From an uncultured Collinsella sp. (lineage in GTDB: Bacteria > Actinomycetota > Coriobacteriia > Coriobacteriales > Coriobacteriaceae), in the NCBI GenBank assembly GCA_902493125.1, contig CABUOF010000001.1, positions 1,461-65,460 on the forward strand: a stretch of 64,000 nt of DNA, written 5' to 3'. The notes under the pieces are model-generated. The model saw only the letters and a list, made by a program, of their open reading frames with translations. It had not been told where the DNA came from and searched no databases. The first letter of the stretch is position 1, and the number at the start of each line of letters is the position of its first letter. Of this stretch, positions 1-9,316 are shown in pieces. The translations under genes and the position numbers were made by a program.

Positions 1-521
1 GCGAGGCGTCCGTTCCGCCCGCAGCAAGCTTCGCTACCCGCGAAGGCGTCATCTACGCCCCCGTCAACGGCGTGCTCGTCAACCTGGACGAGGTTCCCGA
101 CGAGACGATCGCCTCGGGCATGCTTGGCCAGGGCTATGGCATCGAGCCCATCACCGACACCATCTATGCGCCTGCCAACGGCCGCATCGGCGCCACCACT
201 GTCACCAACCACTCCATTGGCATGATCACCGAGGACGGTCTTCGCGTGTTCATCCATGTCGGCCTGGGCACCGTGGAAATGAACGGCAAGGGTTTTGCCC
301 GCTTTGTCGAGATGGGCGATGTGGTCAAGGCAGGCCAGCCGCTCATCAGCTTCGACCGCGAGGCCATTAAGGCCGCCGGCCACGAGGACATCGTGACCGT
401 CATCGTCTCCGAGCTCGACCGTCTTAAGAGCATCGACCATGTCGGCGAGTCCGGAACGCTTATCGGCGGCAACCCTCTCGTCAAGCTGGGCGACCCGCTG
501 CTGGTGGCCAAGACCAAGTAG
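1..521 (+). CDS. PTS EIIA (glucose-family) domain protein, 5' end outside window
   Basis: Frame is open from nt 3. The sequence GMLGQGYGIEP...TNHSIGMITEDGLRVFIHVGLGTVEMNGKGF fits the EIIA-Glc fold with two His motifs (HSIG, IHVG). Confidence 0.8.
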   Translation, partial: EASVPPAASFATREGVIYAPVNGVLVNLDEVPDETIASGMLGQGYGIEPITDTIYAPANGRIGATTVTNHSIGMITEDGLRVFIHVGLGTVEMNGKGFARFVEMGDVVKAGQPLISFDREAIKAAGHEDIVTVIVSELDRLKSIDHVGESGTLIGGNPLVKLGDPLLVAKTK

Positions 522-558
522 CCAAGTCCCGCGCCACACAGCCAAAAGGCACCACGCC

Positions 559-596
559 AAGCGCCCGCGACCATTTGCCGCGGGCGCTTTTCGTTT
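559..596 (+). terminator. Rho-independent terminator after EIIA gene
   Basis: Stem AAGCGCCCGCG / CGCGGGCGCTT followed by a T-rich tail. Confidence 0.6.
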
Positions 597-635
597 GAAA
601 AACCATCCCGCCAATGCCTTATCTGTATAGCCCAA

Positions 636-2105
636 ATGAACCGAGCTGCTAGAATATCGAACTGTATGGATAACTATCATTCAACCGTTATGGGAGGATA
701 CGTGAACCGCACCAAAATCGCGCAGCTCTATGCCGATGCCGAGTCGCTCGGCGGCCAGACCGTCACCATCGCCGGCTGGGTCAAGTCCGTCCGCGACATG
801 AAGAACTTTGGCTTTGTTACGCTCAACGACGGCAGCTGCTTCCGCGACCTGCAGGTCGTCATGAACCGCGAGGCACTCGACAACTACGACGAGATCGCCC
901 ACCAAAACGTCTCGGCCGCACTCATCTGCACCGGCACCGTCAAGCTGACCCCCGATGCGCCCCAGCCTTTCGAGCTTTCTGCCACTTCCATCGAGGTCGA
1001 GGGCACGAGCGCCCCGGACTACCCGCTGCAGAAGAAGCGCGCAACCGTCGAGTTCCTGCGTACCCAGCAGCACCTGCGCCCGCGTACTAACCTGTTCCGC
1101 GCCGTGTTCCGCATCCGCTCTGTCGCGGCTGCCGCCATCCACCGCTTCTTCCAGGAGCAGGGCTTTGTCTACGTCAACACCCCCATCATCACCACGAGTG
1201 ACTGCGAGGGCGCCGGCGAGATGTTCCGCGTGACCACGCTCGATCCCAAAAATCCGCCCCTCACCGAGTCCGGCGAGGTCGACTGGAGCCAGGACTTCTT
1301 TGGCAAGCACGCGAGCCTCACCGTGTCCGGCCAGCTCAATGCCGAGAACTTTGCCATGGCCTTTGGCGACGTGTACACCTTTGGCCCCACCTTCCGCGCC
1401 GAAAACTCCAACACCACGCGCCACGCCGCCGAGTTTTGGATGATTGAGCCCGAGATGGCCTTTGCCGACCTTAACGACTACATGGATAACGCCGAGGCCA
1501 TGCTCAAGTACGTCCTTAAGGACGTTATGGCCACCTGTCCCGACGAGCTCAACATGCTCAACAAGTTTGTGGACAAGGGCCTGATCGAGCGCCTGGACCA
1601 CGTCGCCAACTCCGACTTTGCCCGCGTCACCTATACCGAGGCCGTCGAAATCCTGGAGCAGGCCGTCGCCGCCGGCCACAAGTTTGACTATCCCGTGAGC
1701 TGGGGCATCGACCTGCAAACCGAGCACGAGCGTTTCCTGACCGAGGAGCACTTTAAGCGCCCGACCTTCGTGACCGACTACCCGGCAGAGATCAAGGCCT
1801 TCTACATGCGCATGAACGACGACGGTAAGACCGTCGCCGCCGCCGACTGCCTGGTGCCGGGCATCGGCGAGATCATCGGTGGCTCCCAGCGCGAGGAGCG
1901 CCTGGATCTGCTCGAGGCCCGCATCAAGAACCTGGGTATGAATCCCGAGCAGTACAAGTACTACCTTGACCTGCGCCGCTACGGTTCCTGCAAGCACGCC
2001 GGCTACGGTCTGGGCTTCGAGCGCTTGGTGATGTACCTCACCGGCGTGGGCAACATCCGCGACGTCCTGCCGCACCCGCGCACCGTGGGCAACGCCGACT
2101 TCTAA
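636..2105 (+). CDS. asnS: Asparaginyl-tRNA synthetase
   Basis: Class IIb aaRS with an OB-fold N-terminus ([11 protein letters not shown]...FVTLNDGS) and class II motifs ([13 protein letters not shown]). The true start may be the ATG at 691 or the GTG at 703. Confidence 0.93.
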   Translation: MNRAARISNCMDNYHSTVMGGYVNRTKIAQLYADAESLGGQTVTIAGWVKSVRDMKNFGFVTLNDGSCFRDLQVVMNREALDNYDEIAHQNVSAALICTGTVKLTPDAPQPFELSATSIEVEGTSAPDYPLQKKRATVEFLRTQQHLRPRTNLFRAVFRIRSVAAAAIHRFFQEQGFVYVNTPIITTSDCEGAGEMFRVTTLDPKNPPLTESGEVDWSQDFFGKHASLTVSGQLNAENFAMAFGDVYTFGPTFRAENSNTTRHAAEFWMIEPEMAFADLNDYMDNAEAMLKYVLKDVMATCPDELNMLNKFVDKGLIERLDHVANSDFARVTYTEAVEILEQAVAAGHKFDYPVSWGIDLQTEHERFLTEEHFKRPTFVTDYPAEIKAFYMRMNDDGKTVAAADCLVPGIGEIIGGSQREERLDLLEARIKNLGMNPEQYKYYLDLRRYGSCKHAGYGLGFERLVMYLTGVGNIRDVLPHPRTVGNADF

Positions 2106-2151
2106 TCGTCGGACGCCAGCTCGCGTCGCCACACGCAAACGCTCATCGCAC

Positions 2152-2190
2152 AAGCGTCTCTCGACATCGGTCGAGAGACGCTTTTTTTCA
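2152..2190 (+). terminator. Rho-independent terminator after asnS
   Basis: 14-bp stem AAGCGTCTCTCGAC / GTCGAGAGACGCTT followed by TTTTTT. Confidence 0.75.
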
Positions 2191-2355
2191 ACAGCATCCG
2201 TCAAGCCTTTGGCAAGGTTTTGGTCAGTTGAGCAGGGCTGTTGAAAACTCGAACCGCCGTTTGCCGACGACTACCGACCGCCCAGAGCGCCCTGCGCCCC
2301 TGGGAAAACCCCGCGTCCTAGGCTCCATACCGTTGCCACCCAAAACGGAAAGGAC

Positions 2356-3150
2356 GTGGGCACCATGACCGAAACCGCTGTTGAAACTTATGACACCACG
2401 ACTAGAGGCGCCGCCTCTATGGCAGCTTATCGCGCCGTTCGTATCCTGCAACTATTAAGCGAGAACACCGGCGAGGACAAGGCCATGCTTTCCGATGAGT
2501 TGATCCGGCGCCTCACCCATCCCGACGACCCCGCCCGCATGCCCATCTCGGCGGCGCGGCGCAGCATCTACACCGCCATCTCCGCACTTCGCCATGCCGG
2601 ATACGAAATTGAGTACAAGCGCGGCGTGGGGTATCGGCTCTTGACCCGTCCGCTCACCGACGAAGAGATCATCCGGCTCCACGGTATGGTCATGCGCAAC
2701 CGCTCTACGCCCATCGCCATTCGAAAAAGCATGGCGCAGCACTTGGTCGCCATGGCGAGCGCCGACGTTCGCGGCTACCTCGATGCACCCGAGCCCGCTC
2801 CAAGTGCCGGCAGCAAATCCACCAAGGCCAGGCGCACGCCCGTCAAGCGCATCGACACCTGCGAGCTCATCGAGCAGGCCATCGACCACGGAACCACGGT
2901 GAGTTTTGATATTTCGAGCGTCACGGCACGTGGCGAAACCGAGGTAGCACGGATGACACTCCGCCCCTTTGCCATCAAGCAGCGAGACGGCATCTCGTAT
3001 TTGCTGGGAACGGTCTATGACGTCCGAGGCGCCGATGACACGCTGCGTACCGTAGAGATCGGGCGCATGAGAAACGTCACCACGCGTCTCCTCGATGGCA
3101 AGAAGCTCTTCGCCGCCCTCGACGAGGAGGACGACGCCTCTGCCGCATAA
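2356..3150 (+). CDS. HTH + WYL-domain transcriptional regulator (YafY-like)
   Basis: N-terminal winged-HTH-like AYRAVRILQLLSEN...ISALRHAGYEIEYKRGVGYRL. C-terminal WYL-like RPFAIKQRDGISYLLGTV...LRTVEIGRMRNV. Start is uncertain (2356, 2365 or 2419). Confidence 0.65.
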   Translation: MGTMTETAVETYDTTTRGAASMAAYRAVRILQLLSENTGEDKAMLSDELIRRLTHPDDPARMPISAARRSIYTAISALRHAGYEIEYKRGVGYRLLTRPLTDEEIIRLHGMVMRNRSTPIAIRKSMAQHLVAMASADVRGYLDAPEPAPSAGSKSTKARRTPVKRIDTCELIEQAIDHGTTVSFDISSVTARGETEVARMTLRPFAIKQRDGISYLLGTVYDVRGADDTLRTVEIGRMRNVTTRLLDGKKLFAALDEEDDASAA

Positions 3151-3310
3151 GAACCTCCGCCGTCCATTCGACTACCCGTACCGCCCATCCGGTTCTGTAT
3201 TAAAAAACCCGCCAGGTTATTGTAAAAATGGACATCCGCGCTACTATAGTTCCACTTGCACTTTGTTTGAGTGCAGTGTTTCCAGCCATTTCTATACTGG
3301 GGGTAACGAT

Positions 3311-4291
3311 ATGAAGGACATCACCATCAGCCGCAGGAGCCTTCTGGTCTCTGCCGGCCTGCTCGCGCTCGCTCCGCTCGCCGGATGCGGCGGCAACTCT
3401 GGTTCCGGCTCTGCTGCCGCCGGTTCCGACTACACCATCGGCGTTCTGCAGCTCACCGAGCACTCCGCACTCGACGCCGCCAACGACGGCTTTGTCAAGG
3501 CCATCAAGAAGAGCGGCCTTAAGGTCAAGATCGACCAGAAGAACGCCCAGAACGACCAGTCCACGTGTAAGTCCATCGCCGACAAGTTCGTGGGCGATGG
3601 CGTCGACCTGATCTATGCCATCGCCACGCCCGCCGCGCAGGCTGCCGCCGGCGCCACGGCCGACATCCCCATCGTGGGCTGCGCCATCACCGACTACGCC
3701 GCCTCGGGCCTGGTCCAGGACAACGACAAGCCCGGCACCAACGTCACGGGCGCCTCCGACCTCACCCCGGTCGCCGAGCAGCTCGAGATGATGCAGAAGG
3801 TCCTGCCCGACGTTAAGAAGGTCGGCTTGCTCTACTGCACCGCCGAGTCCAACTCCGACGTCCAGATCAAGGCCGCCAAGAAGGAACTCGACAAGCTGGG
3901 CCTGGAGTACACTGACTTCACCGTCTCGAGCTCCAATGAGATCCAGTCCGTCGTCGAGTCCGCCGTGGGCAAGGTCGACGCGCTGTACTCCCCCACCGAT
4001 AACACCATCGCCGCGGGCGCCTCGCAGGTGGGCCAGATCTGCAAGGAGAACAAGCTTCCCTTCGTGACCGGCGAGGAGGGCATGTGCAAGGCCGGTGGCC
4101 TGTTCACCCTCTCCATCAACTACGAGGACCTGGGCTACGCCGCGGGCGAGATGGCCGTCAAGATTCTGAAGGGCGAGGCCAAGCCCGAGGATATGCCGAT
4201 CAAGCACCTCTCGAGCAAGGACCTGGTCGTCGTCAAGAACGACGAAATGGCCGAGGCCCTGGGCATCGACCTTTCCGCCCTGGACGCGTAA
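3311..4291 (+). CDS. ABC transporter substrate-binding lipoprotein (ABC_sub_bind / COG2984, TrpX-like)
   Basis: Signal peptide plus lipobox (LLALAPLAGCGG). IGVLQLTEHSALDAANDGF is typical of this family. The ORF-track start at 3095 is rejected. Confidence 0.85.
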   Translation: MKDITISRRSLLVSAGLLALAPLAGCGGNSGSGSAAAGSDYTIGVLQLTEHSALDAANDGFVKAIKKSGLKVKIDQKNAQNDQSTCKSIADKFVGDGVDLIYAIATPAAQAAAGATADIPIVGCAITDYAASGLVQDNDKPGTNVTGASDLTPVAEQLEMMQKVLPDVKKVGLLYCTAESNSDVQIKAAKKELDKLGLEYTDFTVSSSNEIQSVVESAVGKVDALYSPTDNTIAAGASQVGQICKENKLPFVTGEEGMCKAGGLFTLSINYEDLGYAAGEMAVKILKGEAKPEDMPIKHLSSKDLVVVKNDEMAEALGIDLSALDA

Positions 4292-4494
4292 TGCCATACG
4301 CGGCATGCGTCTAGAGCCCGTGCTCGCGCTTTAGCCGCGTTATTCAATATCTGAGCCACAGGGGCGGGCGCTGTAGACCGGCGTCCGCCCTGCTTGTTTC
4401 AGGTAAAACAAAACGTCTGTCCGTAACTCTTCTATGCATTGTTACCGCTATTATGGAAAATCACGTGTCCACCCTATTCTAGGAGGTATGAAGC

Positions 4495-5418
4495 ATGCTC
4501 ATTGCATTGCAGGGCGCCGTTTCGCAGGGCGTCCTCTGGGGCATTATGGTGCTTGGCGTGTTTATCACGTTCCGCCTGCTCGACATTCCCGATATGACCT
4601 GCGACGGCAGCTTTGCCCTCGGCGGCTGCGTCTGCGCTGTGCTCATCGTCAATAACAACGTCGACCCGCTGCTCGCCGTGCTGGCCGGCATGTGCGCCGG
4701 CGCCATCGCGGGCGCCGTCACGGGCATTTTGACCACCGTCTTTGAGATTCCTGCGATCCTCGCCGGAATCCTCACCCAGATCAGCCTGTGGTCCATCAAC
4801 CTGCGCATCATGGGCAAGTCCAATACGCCCATTCTTGCCAAGGGCACCGTGTTCTCGGCCGTCAGCAATATGACCGGTCTGCCGCAGTCCCCCGTTGCCA
4901 TCATCTTGGGCATCCTGCTCGCCGTGGCTATCGTTGCCATCCTGTATTGGTTCTTTGGCACCGAGATCGGCTCGGCGCTGCGAGCCACCGGCAACAACGA
5001 GTACATGATCCGCGCTCTGGGCGTCAACACCAACTCCACCAAGATGATCGCCCTCGTGCTCTCCAACGCCCTCATCGGCCTTTCGGGCGCACTCATCTGC
5101 CAGAGCCAGAAGTATGCCGACATTGGCATGGGCACCGGCGCCATCGTTATCGGTCTTGCCGCCATTGTTATCGGCGAGGTGCTCGGCCGTCTGCTGCCCG
5201 GCGGCCTCACGCAGTTTAGCGTCCGTCTTGCCTCCGCCGTCTTTGGCTCCGTGGTGTACTTCCTTATCCGCGCCATCGTGCTGCAGTTGGGCATGGACGC
5301 CAACGACATGAAGCTGCTCTCCGCCGTGATCGTCGCCGTGGCCCTGTGCGTGCCCGTGGTTTGGGAGCGCTATAAGCTCCGCAGCTCCTACACGAAGGGG
5401 GATGAGGCAGATGCTTAA
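4495..5418 (+). CDS. ABC transporter permease (COG4120 type)
   Basis: Polytopic membrane protein. AGGAGG sits 8 nt upstream, and it is adjacent to the SBP and ATPase genes. Confidence 0.85.
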   Translation: MLIALQGAVSQGVLWGIMVLGVFITFRLLDIPDMTCDGSFALGGCVCAVLIVNNNVDPLLAVLAGMCAGAIAGAVTGILTTVFEIPAILAGILTQISLWSINLRIMGKSNTPILAKGTVFSAVSNMTGLPQSPVAIILGILLAVAIVAILYWFFGTEIGSALRATGNNEYMIRALGVNTNSTKMIALVLSNALIGLSGALICQSQKYADIGMGTGAIVIGLAAIVIGEVLGRLLPGGLTQFSVRLASAVFGSVVYFLIRAIVLQLGMDANDMKLLSAVIVAVALCVPVVWERYKLRSSYTKGDEADA

Positions 5419-6205
5419 GCTCTCGCACGTCAAAAAGACCTTTAACAAGGGCACCGTCACCGAGAAGCGCGCGCTCACCGGCGTCGACCTCACCCTGAAT
5501 GACAGCGACTTTGTAACCGTGATTGGCGGCAACGGCGCCGGCAAGTCCACGCTGCTCAACATGATCGCCGGCGTATATCCGCTCGATTCGGGCGTTATCG
5601 AGCTCGACGGCAACGATATCTCGCGTCTGAGCGAGTCGCAGCGTGCCAAGTACCTGGGCCGCGTGTTCCAGGACCCCATGCGCGGCACCGCAGCCGACAT
5701 GCAGATTGCCGAGAACCTGGCCCTCGCCAAGCGTCGCGGCCAGCGTCGCGGCCTTTCGTGGGGCGTCACCAAGGCCGAGAAAGATGAGTACGTTGAGCTG
5801 CTCAAGCGCCTGGACCTTGGTCTGGACACGCGTCTCAACGCCAAGGTCGGCCTGCTCTCGGGCGGACAGCGCCAGGCACTCACCCTGTTGATGGCCACGC
5901 TCACCAGGCCGCGCCTGCTGCTGCTCGACGAGCACACCGCGGCCCTCGACCCCAAGACGGCCTCTAAGGTGCTCAACCTGACCGAGGAGATCGTCGACGA
6001 GAACCACCTGACCACGCTCATGGTCACGCACAACATGAACGACGCCATCCGTCTGGGCAACCGTCTGATCATGATGCACGAAGGCCACGTGATCTACGAC
6101 GTGGCGGGCGATGAGAAGAAGTCGCTCACCGTAGCCGACCTGCTGCAGAAATTCGAGGAGGTCTCGGGCGGCGAGCTCGCCAACGACCGCATGCTGCTAA
6201 GCTAA
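5402..6205 (+). CDS. ABC transporter ATP-binding protein (COG1101 type)
   Basis: Walker A GGNGAGKST, signature LSGGQRQ and Walker B LLLLDEHTAALD. It overlaps the end of the permease gene. Confidence 0.9.
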   Translation: MRQMLKLSHVKKTFNKGTVTEKRALTGVDLTLNDSDFVTVIGGNGAGKSTLLNMIAGVYPLDSGVIELDGNDISRLSESQRAKYLGRVFQDPMRGTAADMQIAENLALAKRRGQRRGLSWGVTKAEKDEYVELLKRLDLGLDTRLNAKVGLLSGGQRQALTLLMATLTRPRLLLLDEHTAALDPKTASKVLNLTEEIVDENHLTTLMVTHNMNDAIRLGNRLIMMHEGHVIYDVAGDEKKSLTVADLLQKFEEVSGGELANDRMLLS

Positions 6206-6262
6206 ACCTACCAAAAAGGGACAGGTTTATTTTGGCAGGTTTTATCTGCGCAAACGTCAAAA
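6206..6262 (+). repeat. Terminator-like repeat cassette, copy 1 (homologous to 48661-48712 in inverted orientation)
   Basis: ACCTACCAAAA...TTTTGGCAGGT hairpin followed by TTTTATCTG, starting right after the TAA stop. There is a 20/20 identical core with the copy at 48672-48691. Confidence 0.7.
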
Positions 6263-6298
6263 CCGCCGCTAAGGGACAGGCGCCCTTGCGGCGGTTTT
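6259..6298. terminator. Bidirectional-looking intrinsic terminator
   Basis: AAAACCGCCGC / GCGGCGGTTTT stem with an A-run on the left and a T-run on the right. Confidence 0.7.
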
Positions 6299-6539
6299 CG
6301 CATATTATGTCGATAATCCAGCGTCAGCAGGAACTACTGGTTAAGGACTAAGGAAACTGCCACGAGAAGCTCTCTTCCCCGTCTCGCCTTGACCGCCGCA
6401 CTCCTTGCCGGCGTGCTCGCCGGCGCCCCAGCTTACGCCACCGCGGCCACCCCATCTCAAGTTATCGGCCCGTCCGATGTGATCGGACGGGCTTCTTGGT
6501 GGGTATCATGGTTGGACGATCATTAGGAGGTTTCCCTAC

Positions 6540-7307
6540 ATGGAATTGTTTGAGCCAATTCTTCATTTCTTTGCACAACGATGGGTCCACAACATCATCT
6601 GGGCCGTCATCTTGGCGATAGGCACCGCCGTCGCCGCCAAGGTCGTATCCAAGACCCTGAACCATCTGCTTAACCGAGACGATAACCCGCTTCCGGCATC
6701 AAGTATCTTCATCAACATCGCGCGCGCCGTCATCTGGATGATTGGCGGCAGCTTTATCCTCGACAACTGCTTTGGCATTAACGCAAACGCGCTCGTCGCC
6801 GCTCTTGGCGTCGGCGGCATCGCCATCTCGCTCGGCTTTCAGGACACGCTGTCAAACCTTATCGGCGGCATGCAAGTGACCTTTATGGGCATCATCAAAC
6901 CCGGCGACAATATCGAGGTCGGCGGCGTATCCGGCGTGGTCCAAGACATCACTTGGCGTCATACAACGATTGAGGATGCCTGTGGACAGACCATCATTGT
7001 GCCCAACTCCAACATCTCCAAGAACACGCTCGTGCATTTGATGCCCTTTGGACGCGTGGCCGTGCCCATTGCCGTAAAGGACACGTCTAAGTGGGCTTCC
7101 CTTGACGTGCTGGCAGACGAGCTTACGAGCGCAACCAAAACGGCCGTCTCGCCCATCTCGGGCTTTGACAAAGAGCCCTACGTGCTCTTTAGCGAAATCG
7201 GCGACTTTGGCATCAAAGGAAAGATCATCTTTATCGTCAGCGACGACAGCACCACTTTCACCGCTGCCGACGCCTGCATCCGCGCCATCGCCCCCATCAT
7301 CGCCTAA
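6540..7307 (+). CDS. Small-conductance mechanosensitive channel (MscS family)
   Basis: Transmembrane helices followed by LSNLIGGMQVTFMGIIKPGDNIEVGGVSGVVQDITWRHTTIED. AGGAGG RBS. Confidence 0.85.
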   Translation: MELFEPILHFFAQRWVHNIIWAVILAIGTAVAAKVVSKTLNHLLNRDDNPLPASSIFINIARAVIWMIGGSFILDNCFGINANALVAALGVGGIAISLGFQDTLSNLIGGMQVTFMGIIKPGDNIEVGGVSGVVQDITWRHTTIEDACGQTIIVPNSNISKNTLVHLMPFGRVAVPIAVKDTSKWASLDVLADELTSATKTAVSPISGFDKEPYVLFSEIGDFGIKGKIIFIVSDDSTTFTAADACIRAIAPIIA

Positions 7308-7399
7308 ACCACCGCAAAGGGGTCAGGCATCTTTGTAGTGGTTTTCATTCGTGGTACCATGGTTCATATAGTTGTTTAAACGACTAAGGGAGCAACATT

Positions 7400-9316
7400 A
7401 TGGAAGAGGCCTATCGTCAAGCACGCAAGCGCGGCGAGCAAGGACGTCGACGCGCCATTAGCCAAAGCGAGCATCCATACCTTACGGACCTCGATAGCTT
7501 GGTTGCTCAGCTCCCCTTAGGTCAGCGAGAGAATGTCGGCCTGCGGGATATTCCGCTCGAAATGGTCGTCGGCACGGTCACCAAAGGCCGTCAGTCCGCC
7601 TTTTCATGCAACTTTATGCCCCTGCTGCCGTTTAACACCGAGTTCGCCCGCAAGTGGTCCAACCTCTACGATATCCAGGTAACCGAGGGCTATCGCGACC
7701 CCATCATCGTCACCGAGTTCATGCATCGGTTCTATGTCCAGGAAGGCAACAAACGCGTCAGTGTCCTCAAATTCCTGGACGCTCCAACGGTTTCGGCCAG
7801 GGTTACCCGTCTCTACCCCGGCACATGGGATTCCGTCGAAAGCCGCCTGTACGGTGAATTCTGCGCGTTTTGGCGCGTCTGCCCCCTATATGAGATCGAG
7901 TTCTCGCGTGAGGGAAGCTACGAGACGCTCGCCAAGATGCTCGGTCAGAACCTTATCGAAAAATGGCCGCAGAAAAAGGTCGACTACCTGCGCCACACCT
8001 TCCTGCTCTTTAAGCGCGCCTACCTTCGCGCAGGCGGCGACCACCTGGACATTACGCCTGCCGACGCCATGCTCGTTTACCTCAATGTGTACAACCAGGA
8101 CCGCCTGCTGGATACGCCGACGGATATCGTCGTAAACCGCCTGTGCAAGATTTGGCGCGAGCTGGTCATTGCCGGCAAAAATGACGAGGACAAGGTCGAT
8201 CTTGTCGAAGCGCCGAGCGTCGATGAGGAGGAGTCGCCCGCCAAGTCCACCTCTGGCGTGCTCAACTTCTTTATGGGCAAGACTGTCTATTCGGCGGCCA
8301 ACCCCCTGCGTATCGCCTTTATCCATGAGTTCCCCTGTGCGGCGTCGAGCTGGGACAGTCTGCACGACCAAGGGCGTCAGTATCTCGATGAGCACTTTGA
8401 CGGCATCGTGCGCACCGAGGCGTTCGAGGACTGTCACGATCCGGACGTGTTCTACGCCGCCGTGGAAACGGCTGTCAAACATGGAGACAACGTCATCTTC
8501 TCGACCTCGCACCGCCTGATGGAATACACGCTCAGAGCTGCCGTTGAGTATCCCCAGGTTCGGTTCCTTAACTGCTCTATCGGCCTTCCCCACCAAAGCG
8601 TCCGTTCGTACTTTGGCAAGATGTACGAGGCCAAGTTCCTCCTGGGCGCCCTTGCCGCCAGCATGTCGGACAACCATCGCATCGGCTACCACGCGTCGGT
8701 CTTCGCATCCGGCGCGCTCAGCGAGATCAATGCCTTTGCCATCGGCGCCTCGCTGCTCGACCCGCGCGCGCAAATTATCCTCACCTGGGGCGATGTGCCC
8801 GCCGGCGGTCTTGCCGAGGCCATGTGCCGCGAAGGCGTGAGCGTCATGACCGGCGCCGATATGTCAAAGTCGCTGGAAGATCCCACCGCCTACGGGCTTC
8901 ACCGCTTGGTCGATGGCAAGGTTACCGGCATCGCCATGCCCGTCTGGAACTGGGGGCGCTACTACGAGCTTATCGTGAAAAGCCTTCTGCACGGCACATG
9001 GGACGAGACCAGCGACGACAACCAAGTGCGCGCCGTCAACTACTGGTATGGCATGAGCTCCGGCGTTATCGACATCCGTTACGCTCCGGGCCTACCCTAC
9101 CAAACGCGCAAACTCGTGCAGTTGCTCCGCAACGGCATTGTCGAAGGATCCATCAACCCCTTTGGCGGCGAGCTCCACAGCCAGAACGGCGTGGTACAGA
9201 TCGAAGGCTTCCCTCCGCTGCCGAGCACGCAGATTGTCGAGATGAATTGGCTGGCGGACAACGTGGTAGGCACCATTCCGCAGCTCGACGATGAGCCGAA
9301 AGTCCCTGCCCTATGA
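7400..9316 (+). CDS. Cytoplasmic fusion protein: ParB/Srx-like N-terminal domain + BMP (PnrA/Med-like) binding-protein domain
   Basis: No signal peptide. N-terminus LRDIPLEMVVG...PIIVTEFMHRFYVQEGNKRVSVLKFL. C-terminus RIAFIHEF...GYHASVFASGALSEINAFAIGA is BMP-like. Confidence 0.6.
   Translation: MEEAYRQARKRGEQGRRRAISQSEHPYLTDLDSLVAQLPLGQRENVGLRDIPLEMVVGTVTKGRQSAFSCNFMPLLPFNTEFARKWSNLYDIQVTEGYRDPIIVTEFMHRFYVQEGNKRVSVLKFLDAPTVSARVTRLYPGTWDSVESRLYGEFCAFWRVCPLYEIEFSREGSYETLAKMLGQNLIEKWPQKKVDYLRHTFLLFKRAYLRAGGDHLDITPADAMLVYLNVYNQDRLLDTPTDIVVNRLCKIWRELVIAGKNDEDKVDLVEAPSVDEEESPAKSTSGVLNFFMGKTVYSAANPLRIAFIHEFPCAASSWDSLHDQGRQYLDEHFDGIVRTEAFEDCHDPDVFYAAVETAVKHGDNVIFSTSHRLMEYTLRAAVEYPQVRFLNCSIGLPHQSVRSYFGKMYEAKFLLGALAASMSDNHRIGYHASVFASGALSEINAFAIGASLLDPRAQIILTWGDVPAGGLAEAMCREGVSVMTGADMSKSLEDPTAYGLHRLVDGKVTGIAMPVWNWGRYYELIVKSLLHGTWDETSDDNQVRAVNYWYGMSSGVIDIRYAPGLPYQTRKLVQLLRNGIVEGSINPFGGELHSQNGVVQIEGFPPLPSTQIVEMNWLADNVVGTIPQLDDEPKVPAL

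Noticed and set aside
597-702. T-box or other leaders upstream of the aminoacyl-tRNA synthetase genes (asnS, cysS, lysS).
   Set aside because: The upstream spacers are too short (about 40-100 nt, 3 nt and 79 nt). I saw no specifier-loop or T-box (AGGGUGGNACCGCG-like) sequence.
681-2204. Very long ORFs antisense to clear housekeeping genes. Examples are 681-2204(-), 10341-11792(+), 12957-14201(+), 22633-24222(+), 29267-30802(+), 31956-34505(+), 35326-37905(+), 43037-45058(+), 53233-55047(+) and 58568-59947(+).
   Set aside because: These are typical high-GC shadow ORFs. They are low-complexity and rich in Arg, Gly, Ala and Val, with no recognisable domains. Each lies opposite a gene with unmistakable conserved motifs.
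3095-3310. 72-codon N-terminal extension of the substrate-binding protein ORF.
   Set aside because: The extension is Pro/Ser/Arg-rich and overlaps the WYL gene end and the intergenic region. A canonical signal peptide and lipobox begin at the ATG at 3311.
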